Shown: positions 36,230-46,370 of the stretch, one piece after another
How positions within the stretch are numbered: the first letter of the stretch is position 1
Layout: every line of letters starts with the position of its first letter
Assembly (NCBI GenBank): GCA_021323455.1
Contig: JAJONN010000008.1
Span: 1 to 56,737 of the forward strand
DNA: 56,737 nt
DNA from: Alphaproteobacteria bacterium
GTDB lineage: Bacteria; Pseudomonadota; Alphaproteobacteria; Paracaedibacterales; VGCI01
Direction of reading: 5' to 3'
Notes under the pieces: model-generated
Told to the model about the DNA's origin: nothing
Databases searched by the model: none
Seen by the model: the letters and a program-made list of their open reading frames with translations, nothing else
Position numbers and translations under genes: made by a program

Positions 36230-38383
36230 TTATTTCTCTGTTAAATGGATGACCCCATCCCAATCTTCAGGGGGCGGGTTTTCCTTAAAGTTATTACACC
36301 GCTCCAGGTACATTGTGGCCGCGAAGTCATCTCCATAATGGGCTTTGATATCTTCCAATAAACTAATAGCCGCATCCCATCGACGCTCCATATAAAGCTG
36401 GAAAGCCTTCGTAAAGAGGTGACAATAGTTGACTTGCATTTCAGAAGGAAGAAGGGCAGGGTCATCTTGAAAAATGCCAACCAATTCATAAATCTTTACC
36501 GCTTTGCTTTTCCCTTTAACGGCAACAAGGTCAACAGGGCGAACCAAGCAGTTTTCCTGAACTTCCTGCAAGACTTCCTCGCTGATAATGATATGAGTAC
36601 GGTACATCTTGTTTGTGCCTTCTAAACGGGCAGCCAGATTGACTGTATCCCCAAGGGCCGTATAGTTCATGCGGTCAGATGACCCCATATTCCCCACAAT
36701 AACATCTCCCGTATGGATCCCAATTCGCGTTTCAAGGACAGGCTTGCCTTCTATTGCCCATTGGCGGTTCAAACTTGACAGGCGATGCTGGAGGGAAAGT
36801 GCTGCCCGACACGCATTCAAAGCTTGATCTTTATCAACAATAGGCGCTCCCCAAAAAGCCATAACCGCATCCCCAATGTACTTATCGATCGTTCCATTTG
36901 CTTTCATAATAATTTGGGTCACTTCTTCAAAATATTCCGACAAATGCAGCACGAGCTTTTCAGCAGGGTAATTTTCAGAAACAGTCGTAAAATTCACAAC
37001 GTCTGAGAACAATAAAGTCACGCGCCGTAACTTGCCCCCAATCTTAACCGTCTGGTTTGTTCTTAGAAGCTTGGCAACCAATACTTTGGGAATAAATTTG
37101 GAGAATGCCCTCATACTCATCCGCATGGAGGAAATGGAATTGTTTAAGAGCTGAAGCTCATAAATATCCGTCTTGACTTCTTCATTACTGTCCAGCTCGA
37201 AATTTTTAATGCGTGTCGCTTCTTCAGAAAGTAAAATAATGGGACGCGCAATACGCCGGGCGATAAAACCAATTAACCCAATGGAAATGAGAAATATTAA
37301 GAAGGTAATGAATAAAATCTTTCGCTGGGTGTCCTTAATGCTCCCAACAAATGTATCGATCGGGACGAGAAGACCAATAGACCACTTTTTCTCAAACGTT
37401 TTTGGGAAAAAAGAAAAGCTTGACATATACTCAATGCCATCTTTTTCAAAGGTGAAGTTATCTTTTTGGTCATTTCTAAATTTTTGGTATCCTAAAATAA
37501 CACGCTTATCGCTGAGTTCATTTAGGTTTATAGCACGAACTTTTTCGCCTTCCGCTTTGACCATCTGGCTTTTATCTGTACTGGCAATGACTTCTTCCTT
37601 TTCTGTCAGAATAAAAGCCGCATAATCTTTTGATATACGGGTCTCATTTAGAAATTCTGAAATCGCGCCCATTTCGATATCGACCCCAATGACACCAACA
37701 AAGGTCCCTTGCGCATTAATCAGGGGATACCCCGTTGTAATACCCGGCTTCTTTGTAGAACTGAACACATAGACATCGCTCCACTGGGACGCACGGCTTT
37801 GGGAAACGCTTACATACCAATCCCGAATCAAGTGGTTATACATCACTTTGGGGATGCTTTCTTGATCAAGAATCTTTCCTTCTGCGTCTTGGTACTCCCA
37901 AACTTCAGAAACCTTATCACCTTCCCTGTTAATAAACCGAATGGACGTTGTACTTCCGCCTGGCAGAGAACGAGAGGGGTCTGTCCTGTAAGTTGAGGTT
38001 GAATCGAGACTTTTAAGTTGTAAAAATTTTCCATCTTCTGTCCCGATGTAAATAGAAGACAGATAAGGATAGGACCTTAAAATTCCCTCCATAAAAGCAA
38101 CGAGGGGTTGATTTTCGTTACTAATAGGAGACTTGTCTTTGACAAGATCGGCGCCTAAATGGGTAATAAGCTGCGCTTGATTGAGATAGGATATCACCTT
38201 TGCAACAGAGAACTTACTCACATGGGTTAATAGATCTTCAGAGACTTGGATCATCGATTCAGAATTTGAATGGTATGTATACCATGTTGTTGCAATAGTG
38301 GTACCAAAGGTAATAAAGAAGAAACTCGCTAAAATATCAACATAGAGCTTTCTGCTTTTCCATGAGAACCGATAATTCTCCAT
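36230..38383 (-). CDS. Membrane sensor adenylate/guanylate cyclase (Cache-like periplasmic domain, HAMP, class III cyclase, C-terminal helical extension)
   Basis: Two TM helices flank a ~300-aa extracytoplasmic domain. The cyclase motifs are LLFSDVVNFT, GDAVMAFWGAP, GIHTGDVIVGNMGS and YTALGDTVNLAARLE. Confidence 0.85.
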   Translation of the reverse strand: MENYRFSWKSRKLYVDILASFFFITFGTTIATTWYTYHSNSESMIQVSEDLLTHVSKFSVAKVISYLNQAQLITHLGADLVKDKSPISNENQPLVAFMEGILRSYPYLSSIYIGTEDGKFLQLKSLDSTSTYRTDPSRSLPGGSTTSIRFINREGDKVSEVWEYQDAEGKILDQESIPKVMYNHLIRDWYVSVSQSRASQWSDVYVFSSTKKPGITTGYPLINAQGTFVGVIGVDIEMGAISEFLNETRISKDYAAFILTEKEEVIASTDKSQMVKAEGEKVRAINLNELSDKRVILGYQKFRNDQKDNFTFEKDGIEYMSSFSFFPKTFEKKWSIGLLVPIDTFVGSIKDTQRKILFITFLIFLISIGLIGFIARRIARPIILLSEEATRIKNFELDSNEEVKTDIYELQLLNNSISSMRMSMRAFSKFIPKVLVAKLLRTNQTVKIGGKLRRVTLLFSDVVNFTTVSENYPAEKLVLHLSEYFEEVTQIIMKANGTIDKYIGDAVMAFWGAPIVDKDQALNACRAALSLQHRLSSLNRQWAIEGKPVLETRIGIHTGDVIVGNMGSSDRMNYTALGDTVNLAARLEGTNKMYRTHIIISEEVLQEVQENCLVRPVDLVAVKGKSKAVKIYELVGIFQDDPALLPSEMQVNYCHLFTKAFQLYMERRWDAAISLLEDIKAHYGDDFAATMYLERCNNFKENPPPEDWDGVIHLTEK

Positions 38384-38667
38384 CTTCCTATTCCTTTTTT
38401 GGATACCCTTTAAAGAAATGATAGGATAAAAATGTTTTATTTTTCGTTAATCAGGATGAGCCCCTCCGCATCTTAATCATCATTAAGAAAGCATCCGCAT
38501 GACTCAGCGACCCAAGTTCTCGTATTTCCCAAGCTCTATACTCACCTGGTAACTGGGCTGCTGCTTCTGGGAGCAATAAGATGCACAAATAACGCACCTC
38601 TATCTCTTAATGGTTGAGAGATTTACAAAAAACAGGTAAGGTTTGATCCAATAAAAGGGGGCATTTC

Positions 38668-39297
38668 ATGAAACATAAACAATTGTCCACCTGTTTATCG
38701 GGCCATTTGCCTGGGTTCAGCCTCATTGAACTCGCCTTGGTTTTAATTGTTATTGGCATTTTGGCTGGGGCTATTTTTAAAGGGCAAGATATCCTGGAAA
38801 CTGCCAAAATTCATGCTGTTTTGACTGATATTAACCGGATCCGTACAGCGACAGCCCTTTACCACAATACATTCGGCCAATGGCCCGGCAATGACCCCCA
38901 TGCAAGAGCGCGATTCGGAGAAGACGTGAACAATGGGCAAGGCGATGGAGTCCTTTCAGGCGCCGAAACAACCCAATTTTGGGTTCATCTTGCGAAAGCA
39001 GAACATCTACCGGAAGCCAATCCCGTCTCATCAAAGCTGGGAGGCAGCTTTAGCGTTGAAGGAGATCCAGAGACAAAGAAAAATTTCCTAGTTCTCTCAG
39101 GACCAAGGAAAGCTGGTGTTTTAACGCCAAAGCAAGCAGCTGCCCTTAAAGCCAAAGCAAGCGATGGTGGCCCTTCAACAGGGCATATCCATGTCACAGA
39201 AGGGGCAGACGCCCCCCTGGGAAGCTGCGTTCATGAAGGAACATTTCATTTGGCAACAAAAGCTTCCGTTTGTATTCTAAAGGTGGAATTACACTAA
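38668..39297 (+). CDS. Prepilin-type N-terminal cleavage/methylation domain protein (orphan pseudopilin, GspG-like N-terminus)
   Basis: It has the class III signal G|FSLIELALVLIVIGILAG. No secretion or pilus assembly genes are in the window. Confidence 0.7.
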   Translation: MKHKQLSTCLSGHLPGFSLIELALVLIVIGILAGAIFKGQDILETAKIHAVLTDINRIRTATALYHNTFGQWPGNDPHARARFGEDVNNGQGDGVLSGAETTQFWVHLAKAEHLPEANPVSSKLGGSFSVEGDPETKKNFLVLSGPRKAGVLTPKQAAALKAKASDGGPSTGHIHVTEGADAPLGSCVHEGTFHLATKASVCILKVELH

Positions 39298-39373
39298 AGG
39301 GCGTGGTATTTATAGGGGTATCGTAACTTATCAATAGACCAGAACCCCCTCATGGAAAGAGAAAGGAGAGACA

Positions 39374-39697
39374 ATGTCATCTTTAAATCATACGACAGAT
39401 GGAAATTTTACGAATGATGTTTTGCAATCAGATGTACCTGTTATTGTTGATTTTTGGGCAGAGTGGTGCGGGCCCTGCCGTATGATTGCGCCCGTTCTCG
39501 AAGAAGTGGCTAACGAAATGGGGAGTAAAATCAAGATCTTAAAGCTGAACATTGACGAAAACCCGACGATGCCTGCTCAATTGGGCGTACGCAGCATCCC
39601 GACACTAGCTTTATTTAAAAATGGCCAGGCTATTTCGACGAAAGTTGGCTTGCTGACTAAGGGCAAAATCATTGAATGGGCAAGTACGGCCCTTTAG
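39374..39697 (+). CDS. trxA: Thioredoxin
   Basis: It has the WCGPC active site, is 107 aa and is colinear over its full length. Confidence 0.95.
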   Translation: MSSLNHTTDGNFTNDVLQSDVPVIVDFWAEWCGPCRMIAPVLEEVANEMGSKIKILKLNIDENPTMPAQLGVRSIPTLALFKNGQAISTKVGLLTKGKIIEWASTAL

Positions 39698-39779
39698 AAT
39701 CGGCCTTTTTTTCAGGATTAAAGAGCAGCACATGTTTCTTTTGGATCGAGGCCAAGCCTATAATATTAAAAGGATATAA

Positions 39780-40247
39780 ATGGCTTCGATTAAGCTTCTT
39801 TTCAGGGGTTTTTTTTGGATCAATATAATCTTAAGTCCGATTCATATTTTTATGATCCTTATTGCTGTATCATCATATCCTGGCCCTGGCGTCTATAGAA
39901 TTAGCACGCAAGAAGAAATCTCCCGCATATTATTTTCAATTTTCATGACCTTAGGGACTCAAGCGATAAGTTTATTAAGTTTAATAGTCTTCGCAAAATT
40001 ATGGGACTGTATTTTTTGTAAAATCAACTTATTTTCTATGAATGTAAATTTAAAATCCATAAAAATAAGCGCTTTAATTAACTCTTTAGCTGTTACGATT
40101 CTTGGCAACTTGTATATTGACAATCTGTTTGCGTTTAGAAATGGCAATTATGACTTAGTGGTCATGCCTTTTTGGGTCCTAATTGCTTATTACTTCATTT
40201 GTTATGCCGTAGGGGCAGTAATACACAAGCCAAAATGGTTAACTTAA
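39780..40247 (+). CDS. Hypothetical 4-TM membrane protein (AT-rich orphan)
   Basis: Four hydrophobic segments are present. Its composition is clearly more AT-rich than the flanking trxA and greA. Confidence 0.5.
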   Translation: MASIKLLFRGFFWINIILSPIHIFMILIAVSSYPGPGVYRISTQEEISRILFSIFMTLGTQAISLLSLIVFAKLWDCIFCKINLFSMNVNLKSIKISALINSLAVTILGNLYIDNLFAFRNGNYDLVVMPFWVLIAYYFICYAVGAVIHKPKWLT

Positions 40248-40266
40248 AAAAGCCAACTGGCCCTTC

Positions 40267-40743
40267 TTATTTAAACTCAACCTTCAAAACAGTATAGGCG
40301 CGGCTTCCGCCGGGAGCGGTAACTTCAACCATGTCACCAATTGTTTTCCCAATTAGGGCACGGGCCAGAGGTGACGTAATTGACAGCTTTCCCTGACGTA
40401 TATCAGCCTCATCTCCTCCCACAATTTGGTATATATGATTTTCTGCTGTATCTTCGTCAATCAGCGTGATGGTTGCCCCAAATTTGATATGGGTCCCGGA
40501 AAGCTTGGAAACATCAATCACGTCCGCAAGGCTGATCTTTCCTTCGAGTTCAGCGATACGCCCTTCAATAAACCCTTGGCGGTCTTTGGCTGCGTGATAT
40601 TCTGCATTTTCAGACAAGTCCCCATGTTCACGGGCGTCTGCAATCGCGCGGATAACCGCTGGCCGCTCAACTTGCTTCAGGTGCCGTAATTCTTCCTGAA
40701 GTTGAAGGTAGCTCTTTTCCGTCATAGGAATCTTTTTTTCCAT
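40267..40743 (-). CDS. greA: Transcription elongation factor GreA
   Basis: [23 protein letters not shown]...RP aligns with the E. coli GreA N-terminus. The start is set at the ATG at 40741-40743 rather than 40776. Confidence 0.95.
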   Translation of the reverse strand: MEKKIPMTEKSYLQLQEELRHLKQVERPAVIRAIADAREHGDLSENAEYHAAKDRQGFIEGRIAELEGKISLADVIDVSKLSGTHIKFGATITLIDEDTAENHIYQIVGGDEADIRQGKLSITSPLARALIGKTIGDMVEVTAPGGSRAYTVLKVEFK

Positions 40744-40890
40744 AGCCTTGAATCCACTTAAAAAACTATATATCAATTACAAACCCAAAAAATATATCAC
40801 TCTTTTGGTAATGGCAAGCCCTAACGTTCAAACATTGTTAATCATTCATCATTTATTCTGGGAGAGAAAGGGTGAACAATTGTTAATACC

Positions 40891-42111
40891 ATGACGATAA
40901 ATGAATTATCTAGATCTTTTTCAGCATCCATCAATGACGTATTAGATTACGCCACGCGGTTTCAAAAACCCTATGGTTTTATTGTTGTTGTGCTGGACCA
41001 TATGAATGAAGACCAAAATGATATCGCAAACATGACCTCCCAATTATACCCTACCTTGAAAAAAAACGTCCGCGTTACGGATACAGTTTTTCGATTTTCC
41101 CAGGATGCCTGGATCATATGGCTTGACGATTGCGATGACCGCCTCCTCCAATGGACGCTCTATACTCTTCAAAGCGTCCTTCATCGCCGCGACACTCAAA
41201 TACCGAACCATTTGCAAGACACCTTGATGGTTGTCCGCGGATCTTGTTCTCCAACAAACACCCTCAACCAAACGATAAAAGCTTTTGAGCATGAAATTCA
41301 GCTGGCAAAAGATTCCTTGCGGCGTCTGAAAATGATGCACTTAACAGCGCTGGGTTCTATAAACGCCCTTTCAGATAATCCCGCCTATTCTGCCTCCTTC
41401 ATCCACCAAACCATTTTGGATAACCGTTTATTTTTAGCTTTTCAACCCGTTGTGGATAGTACCTCCCGGCAGCTTGGCTATTACGAATGCCTCGCGCGCA
41501 TTCTGGATCACAACGGGCAGATCTTGCCCGCCGGCGCGTTTATTTCCCAATGCGAGAAAACAGGGCTTATTCCCCTGATTGACCAAAAGGTACAGCAGCT
41601 CGCCATCGAAGAATTGATGAATGACCGCCATCTGCAATTGGCCATCAATGTCTCGGCCATTACGGCCATTGATCCTCAATGGTTACGTACACTAAAAGTG
41701 CAATTGACAGCGCGTCCTGACTTGCAGGGGCGGCTTATGATTGAATTAACGGAGACATCTGTCTTCCAAAACATTGATGAATCTATTGAGTTTATCACCC
41801 AACTCCGTGACCTTGGCTGCCCGGTATCTATTGACGACTTTGGCGCGGGTTATATGTCCCTTACCCACTTAAAGTCTGACCTGGTCCAAACGGTCAAGAT
41901 AGATGCCCAGTTTGTGAAAGATTTAAAGCCAGGCTCCCATAACATCCCATTTATCCGCGCCATTAAGGCCCTGACACAGCATCAGGGGATAAAATGCGTC
42001 GCCGAAGGGGTAGAGGATGCCCAAACCCTAGCCATCCTGGCGCAGGAACACATTGACTACTTGCAAGGGTATTACATCGACAAACCTTCCCATTTCCGAG
42101 GATGGACTTAG
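40891..42111 (+). CDS. EAL-domain c-di-GMP phosphodiesterase with a degenerate N-terminal domain
   Basis: The EAL catalytic motifs are YECLARI, NVSA, ELTE, DDFGAGY, KID and EGVE...QGY. The N-terminal ~150 aa have no GGDEF motif. Confidence 0.85.
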   Translation: MTINELSRSFSASINDVLDYATRFQKPYGFIVVVLDHMNEDQNDIANMTSQLYPTLKKNVRVTDTVFRFSQDAWIIWLDDCDDRLLQWTLYTLQSVLHRRDTQIPNHLQDTLMVVRGSCSPTNTLNQTIKAFEHEIQLAKDSLRRLKMMHLTALGSINALSDNPAYSASFIHQTILDNRLFLAFQPVVDSTSRQLGYYECLARILDHNGQILPAGAFISQCEKTGLIPLIDQKVQQLAIEELMNDRHLQLAINVSAITAIDPQWLRTLKVQLTARPDLQGRLMIELTETSVFQNIDESIEFITQLRDLGCPVSIDDFGAGYMSLTHLKSDLVQTVKIDAQFVKDLKPGSHNIPFIRAIKALTQHQGIKCVAEGVEDAQTLAILAQEHIDYLQGYYIDKPSHFRGWT

Positions 42112-43427
42112 GAAAAATTTTTATGCAGGAGCTTTGGCGCTGAGATATCTTCTCTTATCCTTGCAGGAGAACCACAGAAAGCAATGAGAAGCAGAAGAGT
42201 AATCTCCATAAATTGTCCATCACTATCCAGGGTAACTAAGACGCAAATTCCCTTATCCCCAGATACACGCCGTCTTACCAGAGGCTTGGCAAGACCTGCC
42301 TCTTCAGCTAATTTCTCAAAATGTTTGGGGAGTATTTTTTCAGAAGCATATTCACCGCCAATTTTCATGGCCATCTTTTTAGATAGACCTGGGTAATAGG
42401 CTGTACTAAGTACATCATAGAGGGGAGCAAGCCTCTTATGGTGTCCTGTTAAAAGCGTTCCTTTGTCATACAAAAGAGAAAAATTTTTCCCATGGGCATC
42501 GTGGTTTCCGACAAGGAAATTGAAAATAACAGCATCCAGAAAGCGCTGCAAGTCAATGGCGGGGGCTGTTGACACGTTACGCAATAACTCAAAACACTGT
42601 TTTAAGGATGGCCCTTCTTCATTTTGATATTTTTTTTCTGGAACAATACCGAGCGCTTGGCAAAAATCTTCCTGGTGCAAACGTTCAGGATACGATAAGG
42701 CTCCGAGAAAGGAAAAAGGTACAGCGCCAGGCAATATTTGTATTTGTTTTCGATCATAGCGCTCTACCAACAAATAATCGATGTCTTCTACGTGTCCTAT
42801 TTCTACTTTAGCAGATGGTATGCCGATGGCGTTGGCCAGTCTCATACAAAAAGCTTCATTAAAAACAATACCTTCATACTCTTTAATTGCTGGTTTGAGA
42901 ATATGTGTACTCGGCGCTATACCATGTTGTATGAAAATTTTGTCGTCCCATCGGTGAATAGCAATTTTATCTTGCGCTCCAGCCAATGAAAGGCGCATAT
43001 CTTTATCTCCTGCCATAAGAGGGCGGCGGGGCAGTTCCCTTAAGATGTTTGCTAATTCCTGGCTGTTTATTGCTTGATAATGGAAATTTGATGTTTGCAA
43101 TTTTTCCCCTGCCGGGATGAATGTGACAGCCCCAGCACATTCCCCTCCAATGCGCTCCAGCATGGAAAAATCATTTTTGGGGCTAATCCCAAGGTTACGG
43201 GCGATAATAATGCGTTTACTTTCCTCTGGTAGGATACCGGCAAAAAACCCTCTGCACTCCTTGTTGTTAAAACGTTCTTTTCTCAAAGGAAGGGAATGGG
43301 ATAGAGGCATCGCATCCGGGTTTTTAAGCCAACTTTCACTATAATCAAATACCATCTGGCCATGATCGTCCTGGATAAGGTTGCCAATAAAAGCATTATT
43401 TAAATAGACGTCCAGTGTTTTTGACAT
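42108..43427 (-). CDS. hipA: HipA-family serine/threonine kinase toxin
   Basis: It has SLAGAQDKIA (P-loop-like) and the GNHDAHGKNFSL catalytic loop, and is 439 aa. The last ~55 aa look atypical. Confidence 0.88.
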   Translation of the reverse strand: MSKTLDVYLNNAFIGNLIQDDHGQMVFDYSESWLKNPDAMPLSHSLPLRKERFNNKECRGFFAGILPEESKRIIIARNLGISPKNDFSMLERIGGECAGAVTFIPAGEKLQTSNFHYQAINSQELANILRELPRRPLMAGDKDMRLSLAGAQDKIAIHRWDDKIFIQHGIAPSTHILKPAIKEYEGIVFNEAFCMRLANAIGIPSAKVEIGHVEDIDYLLVERYDRKQIQILPGAVPFSFLGALSYPERLHQEDFCQALGIVPEKKYQNEEGPSLKQCFELLRNVSTAPAIDLQRFLDAVIFNFLVGNHDAHGKNFSLLYDKGTLLTGHHKRLAPLYDVLSTAYYPGLSKKMAMKIGGEYASEKILPKHFEKLAEEAGLAKPLVRRRVSGDKGICVLVTLDSDGQFMEITLLLLIAFCGSPARIREDISAPKLLHKNFS

Positions 43428-43437
43428 GCGCTATTCC

Positions 43438-43668
43438 TTATTCATCTCTTGGCTCAGGTGGCAGAGGAGGTGTTAACGTCATACGGATTCCAAGGGTATG
43501 CAAAACGGTTAACGCCTTACCGAGTTGGCAAGTGGGTTTCCCTTTTTCTAAATCGATAATAAAACGCAAACCCGTACCAGAGGTAAGCGCCAAGTCCTTC
43601 TGTGTTATGCCCAGCTGTTTACGGGTATTGATTATTAATTTACCGATTTCCCCAGGTGTATATTTCAT
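43438..43668 (-). CDS. hipB: HipB-like XRE-family HTH antitoxin
   Basis: It has an HTH (QLGITQKDLALTSGTGLRFIIDLEKGK). It lies 10 nt upstream of hipA on the same strand. Confidence 0.85.
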   Translation of the reverse strand: MKYTPGEIGKLIINTRKQLGITQKDLALTSGTGLRFIIDLEKGKPTCQLGKALTVLHTLGIRMTLTPPLPPEPRDE

Positions 43669-43682
43669 TTTTCCCTACCATG

Positions 43683-43746
43683 TTACCGCACGGTAATATT
43701 ATAATGATAAAATCTATAAATCAATCAAAATATTACCGCTCGGGAA
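43683..43746 (-). promoter_or_regulatory. Putative hipBA operators and -10 box
   Basis: A perfect palindrome TTACCGCACGGTAA lies at 43683-43696, and a related TTACCGCTCGGGAA lies at 43733-43746, 50 bp centre to centre. A minus-strand TATAAT (43698-43703) abuts the first site. Confidence 0.4.
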
Positions 43747-43764
43747 CGTTAATAGGCAAAAATA

Positions 43765-44409
43765 CTATTGAATAAATGCTAACAAGGGAATGTCCTTGGC
43801 AGAATCCAAGGGTTTTTTCAGCATAATATTCACAACGCTACCGTTGGGGCACATCACCATAGGAACAGGTTTTTTACAAAACTTATCTCGAAGTGTTTGC
43901 CCAGGCGCAAGGCTCCCCCAAGCAGGTGTCGTGAGAACATACCCAGAATAATAAAACAACCGATCATGGGTATCTTTCAGGACAAATCCCCCCTGCTCTG
44001 TCTTATCGACGACATCAAACTTTCCAGGAACGATGATAGCCTCGCCCGTGGGGTTTTTGGCAATAGCCACAAGGAGGAGAAAAGGGGGCGACTGCATCGG
44101 CTGAAATTTAAGGGCATCAACAAGCTTTTCGTTCAGGGTAAGGGCTTTATACCTTGGGTCGTTGATGACCGCCGGGCCCGGATAGCTCACATTTCCATGC
44201 AAGAACTTAACCTCCAGGCCAAGCGAAGACTTTATCACTTGAACGCCTTGTGGAACCTGATGCGGTAATGCAGAGTTATGGGGAAACACAGGAAATTGAT
44301 TGACGGGTGAGAGCTCATTGGGAAATTTAGAATTTTGGTTATAGGCAGCATACACCAGGAAGCTCGTGAAGCAAACAATGATGACTGTCACTTTCCTGAA
44401 AATTTTCAT
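43765..44409 (-). CDS. Secreted hypothetical protein
   Basis: It has an N-terminal signal/anchor (VTVIIVCFTSFLVYAA). I recognise no domain. Confidence 0.6.
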   Translation of the reverse strand: MKIFRKVTVIIVCFTSFLVYAAYNQNSKFPNELSPVNQFPVFPHNSALPHQVPQGVQVIKSSLGLEVKFLHGNVSYPGPAVINDPRYKALTLNEKLVDALKFQPMQSPPFLLLVAIAKNPTGEAIIVPGKFDVVDKTEQGGFVLKDTHDRLFYYSGYVLTTPAWGSLAPGQTLRDKFCKKPVPMVMCPNGSVVNIMLKKPLDSAKDIPLLAFIQ

Positions 44410-44694
44410 CGCCTTTCCCGTTCCTAACTGCCCTACGTCTATCTATCTTACCGCACAATTCGATAACAAAATCTGAACAAGCGGGGCTGGAGACGCGTAT
44501 TTCCAGTTTCTTTTGTTGTTTCACAGATATTTCTAGGTTCTATTCACTTTTGTCATCTCAACCAAATAATAAGCTAGCCTATACCAAATTCTACCTATAG
44601 GTGTTTTTTCCGCTTGATTACTTACAAAGAAAAGTGATTTAATCCGTGCATAAAAAGATAGAAAAAAAGAGCTTTAGTAATAGGGATAACAAAT

Positions 44695-45312
44695 ATGAGA
44701 GCCAGCTTCACCCTCGTAATCATTGCTCTGCTTGTAGCTGGGTGTGCGCGTTCAGGCCTTGAATTTAAAAAGGAGCGCTTAACTGGGGAGGAATACTGCA
44801 TTACGGAGAGTAAGCTTCTTACAGTAAAAAATAGTGAGTTTGCGGTACTTTCACTAAAATATTCTCATGGCGATTCGGAAGAGAAAGCGCCTATTAAAGC
44901 AGATTTATATATCCAACAAAGTGGGCGGGAATATCATATTAATCCCCATGAAACACTCAGATTGTACATCGACGGAACACCCTTTATTCTAACAGTAACC
45001 AGTTCTTTTCAAGATGCAGTAGAAGTCCCCCAACATCATTCAATTTTCATACCCACAGAAACTGTAACCTTTGGAAGTATCAAGGAAATTACAATAAGAC
45101 AATTATTGTTCTTCCTTCCTCAAGATTATCTTTCAAAAATGGTTAATGCTAAAAGAATAATATTTGAAATTTCTTCTTCAAGTACAAATAGCTCTAAAAA
45201 TTTACAAAAGTATCCTGTGCTTTTAGAGCTTAACCAGGATAGCATATCTACTTTTCAAGAATTCAAAAACAAATGTGTTAACAATTTTCTTAATCAACCA
45301 GGAGCGGATTAG
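44695..45312 (+). CDS. Hypothetical lipoprotein
   Basis: It has the lipobox LLVAG|C and is AT-rich. Confidence 0.65.
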   Translation: MRASFTLVIIALLVAGCARSGLEFKKERLTGEEYCITESKLLTVKNSEFAVLSLKYSHGDSEEKAPIKADLYIQQSGREYHINPHETLRLYIDGTPFILTVTSSFQDAVEVPQHHSIFIPTETVTFGSIKEITIRQLLFFLPQDYLSKMVNAKRIIFEISSSSTNSSKNLQKYPVLLELNQDSISTFQEFKNKCVNNFLNQPGAD

Positions 45313-46073
45313 TGACCCTATTCAAAAATATTACCTTAATTTCTTTTTGTACAATTGTGTTGGCTGGCTGCGCAACCCAAAAGAATATTGTTTCTTTACC
45401 AGATAAAATTCAAAGAGAGATTGGCAGTACAGATGTTTATCTCGAAGAATGCGCGAAAAAGATGAAAGCTGATATTGAAAGTTCAAATCTAAGTACCTAT
45501 TCAGGCGGTGGCCTTCTCGTTGCTCTGGTTGATTGCGCTGTCATGACCCATCGCGAAAATTGTGCCGATGAAGCATTGGTAGATATCCAAAAAGAGATTC
45601 AAGGCTTTAATTTCCAAGAAAAGTTTCAAGACCGTCTAACCCAAAAACTTAAGAACACAAATTGGCTTCACGTGCAACGAGTCAATCATATAACTGGCAT
45701 TAATGATGAAGCTCACCAAGAAATTTTCAAGAAAGCCAATACGGATTGTATACTCACAAGCAAATTTATATATAAGTTAAACCCTCAATTTAATGTATTG
45801 ACAGGAACTCTCTTTCTAACTTTATATCCAACCAGCAATAAACTTAAAAAGATAGTCAATACAGAAAACCCTTTAGAAACACCCATATTCAAATTACATA
45901 TTGCAGCCACTGAAAAATTGGCACAACCAGGAGAAGAAATCCAGGAGAATGCAAAAGTTTGGGCTCAAAATAATGGTTCAAAATTAAAGCAGGCCCTTGA
46001 GAATATCCTTAATCAAGTATTTGTTCGTTTAGAGACAATGCTCCGAACGCCTAATCATTTACCAGGAGAGTAA
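45312..46073 (+). CDS. Hypothetical lipoprotein (operonic with 44695..45312)
   Basis: It has the lipobox IVLAG|C. Its GTG start overlaps the upstream stop (TAGTG), with AGGAG 7 nt upstream. Confidence 0.65.
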   Translation: MTLFKNITLISFCTIVLAGCATQKNIVSLPDKIQREIGSTDVYLEECAKKMKADIESSNLSTYSGGGLLVALVDCAVMTHRENCADEALVDIQKEIQGFNFQEKFQDRLTQKLKNTNWLHVQRVNHITGINDEAHQEIFKKANTDCILTSKFIYKLNPQFNVLTGTLFLTLYPTSNKLKKIVNTENPLETPIFKLHIAATEKLAQPGEEIQENAKVWAQNNGSKLKQALENILNQVFVRLETMLRTPNHLPGE

Positions 46074-46370
46074 AGCAAAAATTTTATTTTTTAAGAATGA
46101 ATTCTTGATTTTATTTTTTCTGGCTTTTAGGAAAACACTATTACATTCTTTGCAAACAACATGCGCTCCTTGGCGCTGATCAATAATTCCAGAGGCAATA
46201 AAAAGGCTCTTTCGAGAGGTCTATTGTTGTTACTTAGGGGGAATGCTACCGTTATGCTTCCTTTCTAGCTTTTTAACATAAAGTGGATGGAACCGAGATT
46301 ATGCAGTTGAATTTTTCGCAGATATCCTGATAATCAAGGTTCGAGATTCATTTGAGAGGAGGGATAAGGT

